From: Squalus acanthias
Taxonomy: Eukaryota
DNA length: 64,000 bases
Assembly: GCA_030390025.1 (NCBI GenBank)
Contig: JASTWF010000338.1
Location: forward strand, 372,001-436,000
Direction: 5' to 3'
The notes under the pieces were generated by a model. It ran no database searches. It worked only from the letters and a program-made list of their open reading frames with translations, and was not told where the DNA came from. This document shows positions 60,717 through 64,000 of this stretch, piece by piece. The first letter of the stretch is position 1. Each line of letters starts with the position of its first letter. Both the position numbers and the translations under genes were made by a program.

Positions 60717-63273
60717 CATAGAGTCACAGAGTTAGACAGCACAGAAAGAGGCCCTTCGGCCCATCGTGTCCGCGCCGCCCATCAAGCCCTGTCTATTCTA
60801 ATGCCAGTTTCCAGCACTTGGTCCTTAGCCTTGTATGCTATGGCGTTTCAAGTGCTCATCTAAATGCTTCTTGAATGTTGTGAGGGTTCCTGCCTCTACC
60901 ACCCTTTCAGGCAGTGAGTTCCAGATTCCAACCACCCTCTGGGTGAAAAAGTTTTTCCTCAAATCCCCTCTAAACCTCCTGCCCCTTACCTTGAAACTAT
61001 GCCCCCTGGTTATTGACCCCTCTACTAAGGGGGAAAGTTCCTTTCTATCTATCCTATCCATGCCCCTCATAATTTTGTACACCTCAATCAGGTCCCCCCT
61101 CAGCCTTCCCTGCTCTAAGGAAAACAACCCCAGCCTGTCCAGTCTCTCTTCATAGCTGAAGCGCTCCAGCCCAGATAACATCCTGGTGAATCTCCTCTGC
61201 ACCCTCTCCAATACAATCACATCAATCCTATAGTGTGGCGACCAGAACTGCACACAGTATTCCAGCTGTGGCCTAACTAGTGTTTTGTACAGCTCCATCA
61301 TAACATCCCTGCTCTTATATTATATGCCTCGGCTAATGAAGGCAAGTATCCCATATGCCTTCTTAACCACCTTATCTACCTGTCCTGCTGCCTTCAGGGA
61401 TCTATGTACATGCACACCAAGGTCCCTCTGATCCTCTGTCCTTCCTAGGGTCCTATCATTTATTGTGTATTCCCTTGCCTTGTTAGTCCTCCCAAAATGC
61501 ATCACCTCACACTTTTCAGGGTTAAATTCCATTTGCCACTGTTCTGCCCATCTGACCAACCCGTCTATATCGTCCTGTAGCCTGAGGCTTCCCTCCTCGC
61601 TATTTACCACTCCACCAATTTTTGTGTCATCTGCGAACTTACTGATCATCCTTCCTACATTCATATCTAAATCATTAATGTACATTACAAACAGCAAGGG
61701 ACCCAGCACCAATCTCTGCGGTACACCACTGGACACAGGCTTCCAGTCACAAAAACAACCTTCGACCATCACCCTCTGCCTCCTGCCACTAAGCCAATTT
61801 TGGATCCAATGTGCCAAATTGCCCTGGATCCCATGGGCTCTTACCTTCTTGACCAGTCTCCCATGCGGGACTTTGTCAAAAGCCTTACTGAAGTCCATGT
61901 AGACTACATCAACTGCATTACCCTCATCCACACACCTAGTCACCCCCTCAAAAAATTCAATCAAATTGGTCAGACATGATCTCCCCCGACAAAGCTATGC
62001 TGACTATCCTTGATTAATCCTTGCCTCTCCAAGTGGAGACTAATTCTGTCCCTCAGAACTTTTTCCAATAATTTCCCTACCACTGATGTTAGGCTCACTG
62101 GCCTGTAATTCCCTGGTTTATCCCTACTACCCTTCTTGAACAATGGTACTACGTTAGCTGTCCTCCAGTCCTCTGGCACCTCCCCTGTGGCCAGAGAGGT
62201 TCTGAAAATTTGTGTCAGAGCCCCTGTAATCTCCTCCCTTGCCTCACACAGCAGCCTGGGATACATCTCGTCTGGGCCTGGGGATTTATCCATTTTTAAG
62301 CCCACTAAAACCGCTAGTACCTCCTCCCTCGCAATGCTAATTTGTTCAAGTATATCACAATCCCCCTGCCTGATTTATATGCCTACATCGTCCTTCTCCA
62401 TAGTGATAGTGAACACAAATGCAAAATATTCATTTTAAACCTCATCTTCCGGCTCTACACACAGATTGCCACTTTGGTCCCTAATGGGCCCTACTCTTTC
62501 CCTGGTTATCCTCTTGCCCTTAATATACTTATGAAACACCTTGGGATTTTCCTTTATTTTGCCCGCCAGTGTTTTTTCATACCCCCTCTTCGCTCTCCTG
62601 ATTTCTTTTTTAAGTACCCCCCTGCACTTTCTATACTCCTCTCGTGCTTCCACTGTTTTTAGTCCTTTGTATCTGCCAAAAGCTTCCCTTTTTTCCCTCA
62701 TCCACTCTTGTACACTTGTACATCCCTTGACATCCAGGGTTCCCTGGACTTGTTGGTCCCACCCTTGACCTTTACGGGAACATGTTGGCGCTGTACTCTC
62801 TTTATTTCCTTTCTGAATGACTCCCACTGCTCTGATGTGGATTTTCCTACAAGTAGCTGATCCCAGTCCACTTTGGCCAGATCCTGCCTTATCATATTAA
62901 AATCGGCCTTCCCCCAATTTAGAACCTTTATTTCTGGTCCATCTTTGTCCTTTTCCATGACTACCTTAAATCTCAACAAATTATGGTCACTGCCACCAAA
63001 ATGCTCCCCTACTGACACTTCTACCACTTGCCCGGCTACAATCCCTAGAATTAGGTCCAGTACCGCCCCCTCTCTTGTTGGACTTTCTACAGGCTGGCTC
63101 AAAAAGCTCTCCTGGATGCACTTTAAGAATTCCGCACCCTCTAAGCCTTTCACACTCTGACTATCCCAGTTAATATTGGGGAATTTGAAATCCCCTACTA
63201 TTATTACCCTATTATTTCTACACTTCTCTGAGATTTGCCTACATATCTTTTCCTCTATCTCCCCCTGACTGTT
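60717..63273 (-). mobile_element. CR1 LINE (third family), fragmented ORF2
   Basis: ORFs 62698..63153, 62435..62827, 61970..62305, 61320..61964 (MDFSKAFDKV, FADD) and 60825..61301; tail catagagtcacagag. Confidence 0.9.
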
Positions 63274-63454
63274 TGTAACTAGCAGGAGAGATAAGGGGGA
63301 ACCAGTGGATGTGGTGTATTTGGATTTTCAGAAACAATCGATAAGATGCCACACAAGAGGTTATTAAACAAAAGTAGGGCTCATGGGATTGGGGGTAATA
63401 AACTAGCATGGTCCCTGGAGTTTGAGAGAAATCAAGTTTGAAAATGATGCAGAG

Positions 63455-63660
63455 TTTCAGCCAATGAGGGAGCTCCGGGCTCAACCCCGCCCACTGGGAG
63501 CCGTAAGTCCCGCCCCTCACACACTCCGATTGGTTGGAGGACCCGCCGCCCGCTCGGTCCTCCATTCCCGCCCCACTCTTGCTATTGGTCCGGAGCTCCT
63601 GTCAATCACCTGGGCAGTGTGAGCTGAGCATGCGCGGATCTTGGCAGCAGACACTGACAC
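63455..63660. promoter_or_regulatory. Candidate promoter with CCAAT boxes, GC box and an NRF1-like motif
   Basis: AGCCAATGA ~63459, CCCGCCC, GATTGG, CTATTGG, GCATGCGC. Confidence 0.35.
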
Positions 63661-63683
63661 ATCAGGTGAGAGAGCTCAGGGAA

Positions 63684-64000
63684 ACTCTCAATATCGAGTT
63701 CAACAATTTTAGATCATAACCTCAGCTCCAATCACATTTATATTTTATTTTATCCACCCTTTTATTTGTCCCCCCCACCTTTTTTTTCCTCCTAGAAGCT
63801 GGCAGCTGTCCTTCATTCTGCCAGTAGATTTCACACTTCATTCAGCCTTAATCTGTCACATTAACACCACCTCTAGCCTTGCATATCTCTTAATGTCTCT
63901 TAATGTCTCTTCATCTCCTCCTTTGTTCCTTTATCCCCTCCCCCTTTTCCCAGCTTTACCCTGGCCTTAAATCTATTTGATTTCCAGCTCTTCCCAGTTC
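63684..64000 (+). mobile_element. Penelope 3' fragment, cut by the window edge just before its hammerhead core
   Basis: Near-identical to 59675-59992. Confidence 0.85.

Overview
Eukaryotic vertebrate DNA, most likely a cartilaginous fish (inferred from the style of the C2H2 zinc-finger genes and the repeat families). The window is part of a KRAB-less C2H2 zinc-finger gene cluster: five genes or pseudogenes, arranged partly as a tandem segmental duplication, with CpG-island promoters rich in YY1/NRF1 motifs. It is densely filled with CR1 LINEs, Penelope-like elements carrying minimal hammerhead ribozymes, and many minisatellites. The main feature is a very young, nearly intact 12.25-kb LTR provirus at 40733-52982. 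It has ~1.44-kb near-identical LTRs and a TAAT target-site duplication. Gag carries an overlapping PSAP/PPxY late domain and joins pol in frame through a UGA-CUAG readthrough context. Pol is PR-RT-degenerate RNase H-RNase H-IN. The env gene has a signal peptide, an immunoglobulin-like domain, a furin site and a long Cys-rich fusion subunit resembling paramyxo/pneumovirus F more than a classical retroviral TM, i.e. a lokiretrovirus-like element. Family assignments come from motif recognition by eye; no database searches were run.
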